DNA of 64,000 nt from Candidatus Latescibacterota bacterium (GCA_965219455.1 OZ244744.1:512001-576000); one strand, 5' to 3'; shown: positions 19,540 to 30,682, numbered from the stretch's first letter. The notes: generated by a model from the sequence alone, not told the origin. Program-made: numbers and translations.

Positions 19540-21126
19540 ATGAACCTGCCGATAGACACGACCATGGAAGTCGTGACGGTTATGATTCTGTCGGCCGGCC
19601 TGCTTATACTGGGTTATATCCTGGGATGGCTGATCAGCGGCAAGATTGCGCAGAGTAAGATCCATCGCGCCGAACTCTCCGCGGAGAAGACTCTTGAAGA
19701 TGCCCAGACCGAAGCGGATGCAATGAAGCGGACGGCGGTCCTGGAAGCCAAAGACAGGATACAGCAGGAGCGGCTCCGGTTTGAACAGGAATTGGAAGAA
19801 AAACGTGATCGGTCCGCCAGGGAAGAAATGAAGCTGAGCAGCCTGAGACGGCAGCTTGACAAACGTGCGGACCTGTTGAACGACAAGGAAAAACTGGCTA
19901 CCGAGGAAAGTGAGCAACTCCGTTTGCTGGAGGAGCAACTCGCTGGCCGGGAACTGGAACTGGAAGAAAGTCGGCTGAGGCAGAACAGGCGCCTGGAACA
20001 GATCGCAGGACTCACGAAGGAAGAGGCAAAACGTGTCCTGATGGCCAATATGGAAGCAGAGGCGGAACGCGACTCGGAATGGCGGCTTAAGGAAATTCGC
20101 GACGACGCCCTCGTACGCGCTAACGATGAAGCCCGGGAAATCATCGCCGGAGCGATTCAACGATTGGCCGCGGACCATACGATCGAATCCACCGTTGCGC
20201 TGGTACGCCTGCCTTCCGACGAGATGAAGGGGCGAATTATCGGACGAGAGGGGCGGAACATCCGCGCCTTTGAAATGGCTACGGGCGTGGATGTCACTAT
20301 CGACGACACGCCGGAAGCAGTCATCCTGTCGGGGTTCGACCCCATACGTCGGGCCATTGCCCAGATTGCCATGGAACAACTGATTCTGGACGGACGCATC
20401 CACCCTGGCCGAATCGAAGAAGTCGCGCAGAAGTCGAGGGAGTCGATTCAGGAGGTAATGCACGATGCCGGGGTGCAGGCGGCATTCGACGTTGGCGTGC
20501 CGGGCTTGCACGATCGTCTCATTGCCTGCCTGGGCCGTCTCAAATACCGTACGAGCTACGGTCAGAATGTACTGAATCACAGTAAGGAAGTGGCCTTTCT
20601 TTCGGGCATGATGGCCACGTCGCTCGGCCTGGACGCCCAGTTGGCCAAACGCGCCGGATTGCTTCACGACATTGGCAAGGGTCTGCCGCACGAAGCCGAG
20701 GGCACGTACGGAGAAAACGGCGCGGACCTGGCGCGCAAATATGGTGAAGACGCGATCGCGATAAACGCGATCGAGGCCCACCACGGAGATGCGGACCCCG
20801 TTTCGCCGGTCGCCGTGCTTGTCGACGCAGCCGATTCCATATCCCGGTCCCGGCCTGGCGCGCAGCGTGAACAGATCGAGAATTACGTTCGACGGTTGGA
20901 ACGATTGGAGTCCATTGCCAAGATGGTACAGGGCGTAGAATCGGTCTTCGCCATCAAGGCCGGACAGGAAGTCCGTGTGGTCGCGGACTCCGATATGATG
21001 AGCGACGCAGACACGGAACGTCTGGCCACGCAGATCGTCTCGCGGCTTACCGAAGACGCCACCTGTCCGGGGCCTGTCAAGGTAACCGTCATCAGAGAAA
21101 CGCGCTCGGTGGATTTTGCACGCTGA
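19540..21126 (+). CDS. rny: ribonuclease Y
   Basis: N-terminal TM, coiled coil, KH (MKGRIIGREGRNIR), HD (LLHDIGK). Confidence 0.97.
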   Translation: MNLPIDTTMEVVTVMILSAGLLILGYILGWLISGKIAQSKIHRAELSAEKTLEDAQTEADAMKRTAVLEAKDRIQQERLRFEQELEEKRDRSAREEMKLSSLRRQLDKRADLLNDKEKLATEESEQLRLLEEQLAGRELELEESRLRQNRRLEQIAGLTKEEAKRVLMANMEAEAERDSEWRLKEIRDDALVRANDEAREIIAGAIQRLAADHTIESTVALVRLPSDEMKGRIIGREGRNIRAFEMATGVDVTIDDTPEAVILSGFDPIRRAIAQIAMEQLILDGRIHPGRIEEVAQKSRESIQEVMHDAGVQAAFDVGVPGLHDRLIACLGRLKYRTSYGQNVLNHSKEVAFLSGMMATSLGLDAQLAKRAGLLHDIGKGLPHEAEGTYGENGADLARKYGEDAIAINAIEAHHGDADPVSPVAVLVDAADSISRSRPGAQREQIENYVRRLERLESIAKMVQGVESVFAIKAGQEVRVVADSDMMSDADTERLATQIVSRLTEDATCPGPVKVTVIRETRSVDFAR

Positions 21127-21162
21127 TGCGGCATGCGTTGAATATCTTTTACAGGTGACCAT

Positions 21163-21951
21163 TTGAATATCTTGTTTGTCGGCGATATCTACGGTAGGCC
21201 GGGCAGAAAAGCGGCCGCGGATCTGATTCCCCGGCTCAAGGAGAGCCACCGGATCGATTTCTGTATAGTCAATGGCGAAAATGCCGCCGGGGGCTTCGGC
21301 ATCACCGAGAATATCGCGAAGAAACTCTTCGCCTACGGGGCCGACGTGATCACCACGGGAAACCACGTCTGGGATCGCAAAGACGACATCCCGTTTATAC
21401 TGGGCGCCAGCCGCGTTCTGCGTCCGGCGAATTTCCCGGAGAGTGTCGGCGGCGCCGGCTACGGTATCTTCACCGCCCCAAACGGCATCCGTATAGGTGT
21501 TGTCTGCATCCAGGGCCGCGTGAATATGCTCGACCTGGACTGTCCCTTCCGGGTCGGTAGAGATATTGTGGACCGCCTCCGCCTGGAGACACAGGTGATT
21601 GTCATCGATTTTCACGCGGAAGCAAGTTCCGAAAAAATCGCATACGGATGGTTTATGGACGGCCGCGCCAGCGCCGTTCTTGGCACGCACACCCACGTAC
21701 AGACCGCCGATGAGCACATACTGCCGGGCGGTACCGCCTACGTGTCGGATGCGGGCATGACCGGCCCCCACGACTCCGTGATCGGCGCACGGAAGGAGGC
21801 CGTGATCCATCGGTTTCTGGATCGGACGCCGGTCCGGTTTGAACCGGCTGAAAACGACATCAAGCTCTGCGGCGTCATCGTAGAAGTCGAAGACGAATCC
21901 GGAAAAGCCACCCGCATCGAACGGCTGCGCATCGACTGGCAGGAGCCCTGA
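21163..21951 (+). CDS. ymdB: YmdB-like metallophosphoesterase
   Basis: GDIYG, NGENAAGG, TTGNH, DFHAEASSEK, GTHTHVQTAD, DAGMTG. Confidence 0.92.
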   Translation: MNILFVGDIYGRPGRKAAADLIPRLKESHRIDFCIVNGENAAGGFGITENIAKKLFAYGADVITTGNHVWDRKDDIPFILGASRVLRPANFPESVGGAGYGIFTAPNGIRIGVVCIQGRVNMLDLDCPFRVGRDIVDRLRLETQVIVIDFHAEASSEKIAYGWFMDGRASAVLGTHTHVQTADEHILPGGTAYVSDAGMTGPHDSVIGARKEAVIHRFLDRTPVRFEPAENDIKLCGVIVEVEDESGKATRIERLRIDWQEP

Positions 21952-21953
21952 AC

Positions 21954-23165
21954 GTGGCGGAACGGCCCTATACCGTTACAGAGATAACGCAGGCAATCCG
22001 GCAGAACCTCGAAGCGGAATTCCCCGTTCTCTGGATCGTGGGTGAAATTTCCCAGTACAATCAGGCTGCCTCCGGCCATCGTTATTTCACCCTGATCGAC
22101 CCAAACTGTCAGCTTCGCTGCGTGATGTGGCGGTCCGCGGCTCCGGCTTTCAGACCCGAGACCGGCGTTAAGGTACTCGCCCGTGGGCGAATTACGGTCT
22201 ACGAACGCAACGGCGAGTACCAATTGAACGTCACACAGCTTTTTCCTGCGGGCAGCGGCCAGCAACAACTGGCCCTGGAAGCGTTGAAACGCAAACTCCA
22301 GGAAGAAGGTCTGTTCGACCAGGCGCGGAAACGATCTCTGCCGGCGTTCCCGCTCTCAGTCGGTGTGGTCACCTCGCGAACGGGAGCAGCGATTCGAGAC
22401 ATTCTGAATGTGTTGGAAAGGCGGTTCCGCGGGGTCAACATCTTACTCCGGCCGGCGCTGGTTCAGGGCGCAGGCGCCCCCGAAGACATCGCGCTGGCCA
22501 TAGACGAATTGAACGCCCACGGAAAGGTCGACGTACTGATTGTGGGTCGCGGGGGGGGTTCCGCGGAAGATCTGGCCGCATTCAACACCGAGATCGTCGT
22601 TCGAGCCATTTGCGGCTCCAATATCCCCGTGATTTCCGCCGTAGGCCACGAAATCGACGTCACGCTGGCCGACCTGGCCGCCGATTGCAGGGCGCCCACG
22701 CCGTCCGCGGCGGCCGAACTGGCCGTTCGCGACGCCAGCGAGTTACGCGCCCGGATTCACAACCTCGCCAGGCGTTCCTACGTCGCGCTGAATCGTTACC
22801 TGAAAGAAAACGAAGATGTGCTCGACAGTTACCTGGGCAGGTACGGTTTGCGGAAGGTGGAAGACAACATCTTCCAGAACATACAGGCAGTCGACGACCT
22901 TCATAAGGGCCTTCAGAATAGCGTCCGGCGCATATTCGACACGCACCTGGAATCGTACCGCCGCCGCACCGGCGAACTTGGAGCGCTCAGCCCGCTGTCG
23001 GTCCTGAGCCGCGGGTACAGCCTCACGCACCGGGCGGATAACAATGAACTGGTCACCCGTGCCGAAACCCTTTCCGAAGGCGAACAGGTCCGCATTCGCC
23101 TGTCGGAGGGAGAAATAAACTGTACGGTGGACCGTATTCTGGCTAGAAGCCGGACGAATCATTGA
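21954..23165 (+). CDS. xseA: exodeoxyribonuclease VII large subunit
   Basis: GEIS, SGHRYF, VTSRTGAAIRD, RGGGSAEDL, SAVGHEID, APTPSAAAE. Confidence 0.97.
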   Translation: MAERPYTVTEITQAIRQNLEAEFPVLWIVGEISQYNQAASGHRYFTLIDPNCQLRCVMWRSAAPAFRPETGVKVLARGRITVYERNGEYQLNVTQLFPAGSGQQQLALEALKRKLQEEGLFDQARKRSLPAFPLSVGVVTSRTGAAIRDILNVLERRFRGVNILLRPALVQGAGAPEDIALAIDELNAHGKVDVLIVGRGGGSAEDLAAFNTEIVVRAICGSNIPVISAVGHEIDVTLADLAADCRAPTPSAAAELAVRDASELRARIHNLARRSYVALNRYLKENEDVLDSYLGRYGLRKVEDNIFQNIQAVDDLHKGLQNSVRRIFDTHLESYRRRTGELGALSPLSVLSRGYSLTHRADNNELVTRAETLSEGEQVRIRLSEGEINCTVDRILARSRTNH

Positions 23166-23222
23166 ACAGGACCCAGTCGAAATCCGGCCCACGATGAGCC
23201 ATTCAACCCCATGAGGAGTCCA

Positions 23223-23468
23223 ATGGCCGAAGAAGATCCCACATTCGAAGAGGCGCTCAAGCAGTTGGAAACTGCGGTCGAGACCCTGGAAGGCGGAAAT
23301 CTGCCCCTGGCAGAAGCGCTCCGCCTCTTTGAAGAGGGACTGAAAGCGTCAAACCTGTGTCGTGCGCGGCTGGAAGAAGCCAAACAGCGTGTCGAAATCC
23401 TGGCCACCGAGAGCGGGAACGACTTCCAGCTCACGGAACTGGATGCCGTTGAGGAATCCGGGGACTGA
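23223..23468 (+). CDS. xseB: exodeoxyribonuclease VII small subunit
   Basis: FEEALKQLE..V..LE.G.LPL.EAL.LFEEG. Confidence 0.95.
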   Translation: MAEEDPTFEEALKQLETAVETLEGGNLPLAEALRLFEEGLKASNLCRARLEEAKQRVEILATESGNDFQLTELDAVEESGD

Positions 23469-23684
23469 TGTTCCGACCCGGATGAATCGCCGCCTTTCCC
23501 TGTCTGCGTGTGTGAGGCAGCACGCACAGGCAGGCGCCGATTCATCCCGTCTCGCCGGCCGAATTACCGGGATCTATTTCCGGAACCGAATACTGGCGCG
23601 GGCAACACCGATTCCAGGAACCTGGAATTCGGACTCCATTAATACAGTTCAATTGATCAATCTTCCCACTGGCTCCCGGTCCTC

Positions 23685-24551
23685 ATGAAACGCATTGGCA
23701 TACTTGCATTTATCGAACGGGACGGCATCGGTCCCATCGTCCAGAATTTCGTGCGGCTTGCGCGCGACCAGGGAATCGAGCCCATTCTGGAGGAACCGTT
23801 AAGGGAGATCTGTGTCTCCAACGAGGTCACGTTCCGCCCTGCCGCCGACCTCGCCGGCCACTCGGATATTGTGGTTGCCCTGGGTGGAGACGGCACCATA
23901 CTCCGGGCGGCCAAACTGGTCGGATCCACACAAAAACCCATTCTGGGCGTCAACCTCGGCCGGCTCGGGTTTCTGGCGGGGGCTGCGCCCGAAGAGTTGC
24001 GGGAGAGTCTGGGCAAATTGAAGCGGGGGGAGTATCAGCTCGAAGAACGCATGGCCCTGGAAGCGGAGATCGGTAAGAAAACTTTCTTTGCCCTCAACGA
24101 AGTCGTCATCGAAAAAAGGGTGCTCGCCCGCCTGGTCCAGGTGAAGACGTGGATTTCCGACACGCCGTTCAGTTCCTTTTTCGGGAACGGCATTATCGTA
24201 TCCACCCCGACCGGATCAACCAGCTACAGCCTCTCGGCGGGTGGTCCCATCCTCCATCCGGATCTGCAGGCATTCATTGTCACGCCCATCTGCGCGCATT
24301 CGCTCTCGATGCGCCCCGCGGTCATCCCGGGCAATCAGTCGATCACCGTCCAGGTGATTGCCGAACACAGCGATATCATGGTAACCGCCGACGGCAAGAT
24401 CGTCTCGCCCATACAGCCCGAAGAACGCGTTCACATCCGACAGGCCGCCCATAACACCCGTCTGATCAACCTCCAGGGCCTTTCCTTCTATCAGTTGCTC
24501 AGCCGAAAACTGGATTGGAGCCTTGACCGGCGCGAACCTCAGGAGTCCTGA
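23685..24551 (+). CDS. nadK: NAD kinase
   Basis: GGDGTIL, GVNLGRLGFL, NE, STPTGSTSYSLSAGGP. Confidence 0.95.
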   Translation: MKRIGILAFIERDGIGPIVQNFVRLARDQGIEPILEEPLREICVSNEVTFRPAADLAGHSDIVVALGGDGTILRAAKLVGSTQKPILGVNLGRLGFLAGAAPEELRESLGKLKRGEYQLEERMALEAEIGKKTFFALNEVVIEKRVLARLVQVKTWISDTPFSSFFGNGIIVSTPTGSTSYSLSAGGPILHPDLQAFIVTPICAHSLSMRPAVIPGNQSITVQVIAEHSDIMVTADGKIVSPIQPEERVHIRQAAHNTRLINLQGLSFYQLLSRKLDWSLDRREPQES

Positions 24552-24553
24552 CC

Positions 24554-26254
24554 GTGCTTTGCCGACTGCTTGTCGTCAACTACGCGTTGATCGACAAAGT
24601 TGAAATCGAATTCGGTCCCGGGTTGAACATCATTACAGGCGAAACCGGCGCGGGCAAATCCATTCTCATCGGCGCCCTGGGTCTGGTTCTCGGAATGCGG
24701 GCGAGCCCGGAAGTGATACGGACCAGCGAGAAACGGTGTCTTGTCGAGGCTATTTTCCAGTTGCAACCCCATCACCGGTGTCTGCCGCTTCTGGACGCCA
24801 TGGGCATCGATGCCGAGCAGGGCGAACTCATCGTCCGCCGGGAGGTCGTCGCGAATGGCCGAAGCCGCTGTTTCGTCAATGGTCTCGCCGTAACCGTCCG
24901 CAGCCTGCTCGAACTGGCCAGAGCCCTGGTTGACCTTCATGGACAACACGATCACCAATCTCTTCTTTATACGGAACGTCATATCGACTTTTTGGATGGG
25001 TTCGGCAACCTGGAAAAACTCCGGGAATCGGTCGGTATTGCGCACAGTCGTCTGTCCGACCTCCTCGCAAAGCGGGAAAACGCCGATGCCGAAGCGCAAC
25101 GGATGCGCGATCGGCGGGAACTTCTTGAATTTCAGATCGAGGAAATCGTTTCGGTGGACCCGGAACCGGACGAGGACGAGCGCCTCCTGCAGGAACGATC
25201 GCTGCTTACCCATGCCGAACGCCTCATCGAAACCGCCATCCACCTGGAAGCCCTGCTCTACCAGGGCGACGACTCCATCGTGGATCGTCTGGGCGCGGCA
25301 GAGCATCTCCTGAAAGACGCCGTACAGATGGACGAATCGCTTCGCCTTCAAGCCGATGAATTGGCCGTCCAGCGCTATGCCATTGAAGAACTGGCCCGTT
25401 TTTTTTCGGACTATGCACGCAGCGTCGAGCACAACCCGGAACGCCTGGCGGAGGTCACCGGGCGCCTGGATCTCCTGGCCCACCTGAAAAAGAAACACGG
25501 CGGAAGCCTCGAGACGGTAATTGAGTATCGCGAGAACGCGGAAGAGGAACTGGCGCAATCGGAGCAACTGGACCGCTCGCTGGCTGAGATCGAAACGGAA
25601 ATCGATTCGGCCCGCGCCAGCCTGGCGCACCTGTGCGCCGGGCTTTCCAAAGCGCGTGAAGCCGCCGCGCACGACCTCTCCCGCGAAACAACGGAGGCGC
25701 TCGGCGACCTGGGGATTCCGCGGGCAGATTTTCGCGTTGAACTCATCCGGGACGAGTCGCCCGACGGTTGGGTAAGCCTGGACAACCGGCGATTTCGTGT
25801 GGGCCCGAAGGGCATTGAGCGCGTCGAGTTCCACATTTCCACGAACCCTGGCGAAGCCCTCAGGCCGCTGGTCAAGGTGGCTTCCGGCGGCGAGGTGTCC
25901 CGGATCATGCTTGCCCTGAAATCCGTGCTCTCCCAATCCGATCCGGTACAGGTCCTCATCTTCGACGAGATCGACATTGGCATCTCCGGCCGCATCGCCG
26001 ACGTGGTGGGCAGGAAGCTCAAGAGCCTGTCGCGTGCGCGCCAGACCATCTGTATAACCCATCTCCCTCAAATCGCCAGAATGGCGGATACCCATCTGGC
26101 CGTGCATAAGACCGTATCGAATGGCCGCACCGTCACCCGGGTAATCGAGCTGGAGGAAGATGAGCGCGCGCGGGAACTTGCGAAACTTCTGGGCGGGGAG
26201 AAAATATCGGCCCTTACCATGGAACACGCGCGCGAAATGCTAAGTCAGAATTGA
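24554..26254 (+). CDS. recN: DNA repair protein RecN
   Basis: TGETGAGKS, HGQHDHQ, ASGGEVSR, FDEID, ITHLPQ. Confidence 0.97.
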   Translation: MLCRLLVVNYALIDKVEIEFGPGLNIITGETGAGKSILIGALGLVLGMRASPEVIRTSEKRCLVEAIFQLQPHHRCLPLLDAMGIDAEQGELIVRREVVANGRSRCFVNGLAVTVRSLLELARALVDLHGQHDHQSLLYTERHIDFLDGFGNLEKLRESVGIAHSRLSDLLAKRENADAEAQRMRDRRELLEFQIEEIVSVDPEPDEDERLLQERSLLTHAERLIETAIHLEALLYQGDDSIVDRLGAAEHLLKDAVQMDESLRLQADELAVQRYAIEELARFFSDYARSVEHNPERLAEVTGRLDLLAHLKKKHGGSLETVIEYRENAEEELAQSEQLDRSLAEIETEIDSARASLAHLCAGLSKAREAAAHDLSRETTEALGDLGIPRADFRVELIRDESPDGWVSLDNRRFRVGPKGIERVEFHISTNPGEALRPLVKVASGGEVSRIMLALKSVLSQSDPVQVLIFDEIDIGISGRIADVVGRKLKSLSRARQTICITHLPQIARMADTHLAVHKTVSNGRTVTRVIELEEDERARELAKLLGGEKISALTMEHAREMLSQN

Positions 26255-26319
26255 AGTTGCGTCGACGGACCCGCCCCAGGCGGGTTGTTACCGTCCGCCC
26301 CAACGAGAAGGATTCCCCG

Positions 26320-27471
26320 GTGAAACCGAAAATTCCGAGCGAACTCAACGACATCTTCGAGAAAGTTATCGCCGGCGAACGCCTCTCCGCCGCCGACGGC
26401 ATACGGCTTTACAGTACGTCGAGTCTCAACGCGGTGGGGTACATGGCCAATATCGTACGCGAGCGACTATGCGGCAACGTGGCCTGGTACGTGCGGAACC
26501 AGCACATCAACTATACCAACATCTGCAACAAGCTCTGCAAATTCTGTTCCTTCTACGTGCCGCCGAAAGACCGTAGGGGATATGTCCTCTCGCCGGAAGA
26601 TATCCAGGAACGCGTGAGACAATATCTGCACGTTCCCATCTCCGAAATCCACATGGTGGCGGGAATCAACCCCAAACTGCCCTATTCCTACTATATCGAC
26701 ATCGTGCACGCCGTGAAAGAAATCCGCCCGGAGGTCGCCGTAAAGGCTTATACGGCGATCGAATGGATTCAGATCGCCAGGGCCGCAAAAAAACCGCTCC
26801 GGGAAGTCATGCAGGAACTCAAAGCGGCGGGCGTGTCGTCGATCCCGGGCGGCGGCGCCGAAGTCTTCAGCGATCGGGTCCAGGCGGAGATGTTCTGGAC
26901 CAAGGCCGACTCCGACGAATGGATGCGCGTTGCCCGTACCGCACACGAAGTGGGCCTGCCCACCAACGCCACGATGCTCTACGGCCACATCGAGAATCCG
27001 GATGAACGGGTTCAGCATCTGGTCAGTCTCCGGGAACTCCAGGACGAGACCCGCGGTTTTCTGGCCTACATCCCGCTTTCCTTCCACCCCGAACGCACCG
27101 AACTGGAACACCTGCCCGCTCCCACCGGCGAAGCCGACCTGCGCGAAATCGCCGTCGCTCGACTCATGCTGGACAATTTCCTGCATATCAAATCGTTCTG
27201 GATAATGAACACCATCGAAATCTCGCAGGTCGCCCTATGGTACGGCGCGGACGACATCGACGGCACCATCCAGGAGTACGAAATCACGAGGCGCACGTAC
27301 GAGGAAACCCGCCAGGTGCTCACCCGGAAACAACTGGTGGAACGCATAATCGAAGCCGGACGGGAACCCGCGGAACGCGACAATCTCTACAACGAACTCC
27401 GCACGGAACGGGAGATCCCGGAAGACGAGGACCCCGTCGCCATCCGTGGCGAGTTGCCCGTGCTTCCGTGA
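26320..27471 (+). CDS. mqnE: aminofutalosine synthase (radical SAM)
   Basis: NYTNICNKLCKFCSF, EIHMVAG, PGGGAE, NATMLYGH, HIKSFWIM, GADDIDGT. Confidence 0.85.
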   Translation: MKPKIPSELNDIFEKVIAGERLSAADGIRLYSTSSLNAVGYMANIVRERLCGNVAWYVRNQHINYTNICNKLCKFCSFYVPPKDRRGYVLSPEDIQERVRQYLHVPISEIHMVAGINPKLPYSYYIDIVHAVKEIRPEVAVKAYTAIEWIQIARAAKKPLREVMQELKAAGVSSIPGGGAEVFSDRVQAEMFWTKADSDEWMRVARTAHEVGLPTNATMLYGHIENPDERVQHLVSLRELQDETRGFLAYIPLSFHPERTELEHLPAPTGEADLREIAVARLMLDNFLHIKSFWIMNTIEISQVALWYGADDIDGTIQEYEITRRTYEETRQVLTRKQLVERIIEAGREPAERDNLYNELRTEREIPEDEDPVAIRGELPVLP

Positions 27472-27568
27472 AGCAGGTCGGGGGCCGTGCGATCTACACT
27501 GCACCCGTTCCGGAGAATCGCCAATTCGATACAGCTGTGACGACAGATACGGATTGGAGAAATGACCG

Positions 27569-28669
27569 ATGATCGATGATATCGTCGAAAAAATCAACGC
27601 GCAAACGCGTATCTCGGTAGACGATGCCCGCCGGCTCATGGCCCATCCCAACGTCACGGAACTGGGCATGCTTGCGGACGCCGTGCGCAGGCGCAAATGG
27701 CCGGAAGACGTGGTGACCTACAATATCGGCCGTAACATCAATTACACCAACGTCTGCTGGGTGCGGTGCGACTTTTGTGCGTTCTACCGCCCTCCCGGGT
27801 CCGCCGAGGGATACGTCCTGCCCCGGGACCGGATCTTCGGGAAAATCGACGAATTGATCGCCGCGGGCGGGAAAACTTCCAAATCGAACGAAATTCTCAT
27901 GCAGGGCGGCCTGAATCCCAGGCTGCGCATCGACTATTATGAAGACCTCTTCTCCAGCATTCGGGACCGCTATCCGTCCGTCCACCAGCATTGCCTCTCG
28001 GCCACCGAGATTATCTATATCGCGCACATCTCGCGTCTGTCCATCCCGGACTGCATCCGCCGTCTGCGGGACGCCGGCCTGGATTCCATTCCCGGCGCCG
28101 GCGCCGAGATTCTCTCGGACGAGGTTCGCGACATTATCGGTTTTCGAAAGGACCGGGTGCACGAATGGCTGGAGGTGCATCGCGCCGCCCACGAATTGGG
28201 CATGCACACCACCGCCACCATGATGTACGGCCACGTCGAATCCGTCGATCAGCGCCTCGAACACCTGAAACACATCCGGGACCTCCAGGACGACACCGGC
28301 GGCCTGACCGCTTTCATTGCGTGGAATTTTCAGCCCGACGACACCGACCTGGCCGCGGACAATGCCCGCTGGAACGGGAAGAAAGCCACCGGCTACGACT
28401 ACCTGCGCACCATTGCCGTCTCCCGCCTCTTCCTGGACAATGTGCCAAGTTTTCAGGCCTCGTGGGTGACACAGGGTCCCAAAATCGCCCAGGTTGGCCT
28501 CAAATATGGCGTTAACGACTTTGGCAGCACCATGATGGAGGAGAATGTCGTCTCCGCCGCCGGCACCAGCCACACCGATGACATGAGTCTTCCTACCATG
28601 TTACGCCTCATCCGGGGCGCCGGCTACAGGCCGGCAAGACGCAACACCCGGTACGAAATTGTGAACTGA
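27569..28669 (+). CDS. mqnC: cyclic dehypoxanthinyl futalosine synthase (radical SAM)
   Basis: NINYTNVCWVRCDFCAF, LMQGG, PGAGAEIL, TATMMYGH, QASWVTQG, DFGSTMMEENVV. Confidence 0.9.
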   Translation: MIDDIVEKINAQTRISVDDARRLMAHPNVTELGMLADAVRRRKWPEDVVTYNIGRNINYTNVCWVRCDFCAFYRPPGSAEGYVLPRDRIFGKIDELIAAGGKTSKSNEILMQGGLNPRLRIDYYEDLFSSIRDRYPSVHQHCLSATEIIYIAHISRLSIPDCIRRLRDAGLDSIPGAGAEILSDEVRDIIGFRKDRVHEWLEVHRAAHELGMHTTATMMYGHVESVDQRLEHLKHIRDLQDDTGGLTAFIAWNFQPDDTDLAADNARWNGKKATGYDYLRTIAVSRLFLDNVPSFQASWVTQGPKIAQVGLKYGVNDFGSTMMEENVVSAAGTSHTDDMSLPTMLRLIRGAGYRPARRNTRYEIVN

Positions 28670-28680
28670 GAACCGTGCGA

Positions 28681-29481
28681 ATGGCAACCCGCCTCGGTGT
28701 CGTCTCTTTCCTGAACACCCATCCGCTGGTGCACGCTCTGGAAACCGGTCGCATCGAACACCGCTTCGATTTCACCTACGACGTGCCGTCCCGCTGCGCG
28801 GAACGCCTTCACAGCCGCGAAACCGACGTGGCCCTCATCCCGTCCATCGAAATCGCCCGCGGCCCCGATCCATACAGCGTCGTACCCGAAGTCAGTATCT
28901 CTTCCCGGGGCCCGGTCCGAAGCGTACTGCTTCTGCACCGAAAGGAACCGCCCGATATTCAGACGCTCGCCCTCGACGTCAACTCCCGAACGTCCACCGT
29001 CCTCAGCCGTCTCGTGCTGCGAAGACAATACGGATGCAAACCCGAGATTTCCCACCATCCCCCCGACGCCGAGCGCATGCTCGATCACGCAGATGGCGCC
29101 GTCATCATCGGAGACGCGGCGCTCGCCCTGGATACGACGTCCTATCGTGTCGTGGACCTGGGTGAAGCCTGGACCGTGCTTACGGGGCTTCCGTTTGTCT
29201 ACGCCTGTTGGACGGGGCGGCCCGACGCGCTGAATCCCGATCAGACCCGGCAATTGATCCGCGCCAGGGCCCTGGGCGTAAGGGAGATCCCCCTTATTGC
29301 GGCGACCTATGCCTCGGCGCATCCCTGTTCGGCGGGGTTCTACGCCGACTACCTCGGTAAAAAGATCCGCTACGACTTTGGCGGGGCCGAACAGGAGGGC
29401 CTTCACCGTTTCTACGGATACGCCTTCGAAATGGGCTGCATCGAATACATCCCGAAACTTCGTTTCTACGCGCATTCCTGA
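28681..29481 (+). CDS. mqnA: chorismate dehydratase
   Basis: VSFLNTHPL, GPVRSV, SRTS, IGDAAL, DLGEAW..TGLPFVYA. Confidence 0.9.
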   Translation: MATRLGVVSFLNTHPLVHALETGRIEHRFDFTYDVPSRCAERLHSRETDVALIPSIEIARGPDPYSVVPEVSISSRGPVRSVLLLHRKEPPDIQTLALDVNSRTSTVLSRLVLRRQYGCKPEISHHPPDAERMLDHADGAVIIGDAALALDTTSYRVVDLGEAWTVLTGLPFVYACWTGRPDALNPDQTRQLIRARALGVREIPLIAATYASAHPCSAGFYADYLGKKIRYDFGGAEQEGLHRFYGYAFEMGCIEYIPKLRFYAHS

Positions 29482-29567
29482 CGCACCCACCACGTTTTCG
29501 CGCGCGCTCGGGAACGCACCAGGAATTTAAAACTGCTTCTGAAAGCTCCGGAGGGAGGAATTGTCTT

Positions 29568-30620
29568 ATGTCCCGAACCGGTCGCGCCTCGGTCATGGTC
29601 GGCGAACGATTTGAAATCCGGGAGTATCCCGTCCCGGAACCGGCACCCGGAACGGTCCTGTTGAGACAGGAACTGGCCGGCATCTGCGGTACCGACCTGC
29701 ACAACTGGGAATACCAGAGAATGGAAGACGAGATCGTTCTGGGGCACGAGAACGTGGGGATTATCGATCGACTGGGCGCAGGCGTGACCCACGACCACCT
29801 GGGGCGCCCGCTCAAAACCGGTGATCGGATCGCCCTCGTTCCCGGTACGTCTCAGGGCGCCTACGGTTTCATCCCAGCCGGAGAACAGCCCTATCTTCGC
29901 GGCGGCTTCGCCGAATACATCTATCTCTGGAATCCCGAGACCGTTTTCTTCAAGACCGATCTGCCCGCGGAGGTCGCAGTCCTGCTCGAGCCGTTCACGA
30001 TCGGCGTACACGGCGTTATGCGTGCCGGGATTCAATTCGGAGACACCGTCGTTGTACAGGGTTCCGGCGCCATCGGCCTTGTGACACTCATCTGCGCGAA
30101 AGTCAGCGGAGCCGGCCGCCTCATTATGGTCGGGGGCCCGCCGGGACGCCTGGATCTCGCGCGCGAAATCGGCGCGGACCTCACCGTCGACATCGCTGAA
30201 GTCCCGGACCCGGAAGTACGAAAACGAATGGTTCGAGACGGCACCCCGAGGGGAGCCGGCGCCGACGTTGTCTTTGAGTGCGCGGGTTTTCTGCCCGCCA
30301 TACCCGAGGGCGTGGACTACCTTCGGCAAGACGGCACATACGTCGAAATGGGCCATTTCGTCGACGTCGGGTCATTCGAATGCAACCCCAATCGGATGTT
30401 CATGCGAAAGAATCTGCGCTTCGAAGCCGTCTGGGCGAGTTCCCCCGATCACTTCGTGCGCGGCCTTCCCATCCTGGAAAAAAACGAATTCCCGTTTGCC
30501 GATATGGTCAGCCACACCATTCCGCTGGACCGGGTGCCCGAAGGCTTCAATGCCCTTGCGGGCAGCTACCGTCTGGATGGAAAAGACGCCATAAAAATCG
30601 CCGTATCGGGAAGCCTGTAG
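29568..30620 (+). CDS. zinc-dependent medium-chain alcohol dehydrogenase
   Basis: GICGTD, LGHE, GSGAIG, FECAG; the four-Cys structural Zn loop is absent. Confidence 0.85.
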   Translation: MSRTGRASVMVGERFEIREYPVPEPAPGTVLLRQELAGICGTDLHNWEYQRMEDEIVLGHENVGIIDRLGAGVTHDHLGRPLKTGDRIALVPGTSQGAYGFIPAGEQPYLRGGFAEYIYLWNPETVFFKTDLPAEVAVLLEPFTIGVHGVMRAGIQFGDTVVVQGSGAIGLVTLICAKVSGAGRLIMVGGPPGRLDLAREIGADLTVDIAEVPDPEVRKRMVRDGTPRGAGADVVFECAGFLPAIPEGVDYLRQDGTYVEMGHFVDVGSFECNPNRMFMRKNLRFEAVWASSPDHFVRGLPILEKNEFPFADMVSHTIPLDRVPEGFNALAGSYRLDGKDAIKIAVSGSL

Positions 30621-30682
30621 ACCCGCCTCCGCGTCAACGGGACTTCTGAAGGCCAGCCGTAACCCGTTCCCGAAACCCGACG

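Noticed and set aside
19348-21810. 820-aa minus-strand ORF
   Set aside because: Antisense shadow of rny-ymdB, typical of GC-rich codon usage; no motifs
24539-26227. 562-aa minus-strand ORF
   Set aside because: Antisense shadow of recN
26320-29481. mqnB and mqnD absent from the futalosine cluster
   Set aside because: mqn genes are commonly scattered; cannot be judged from one window
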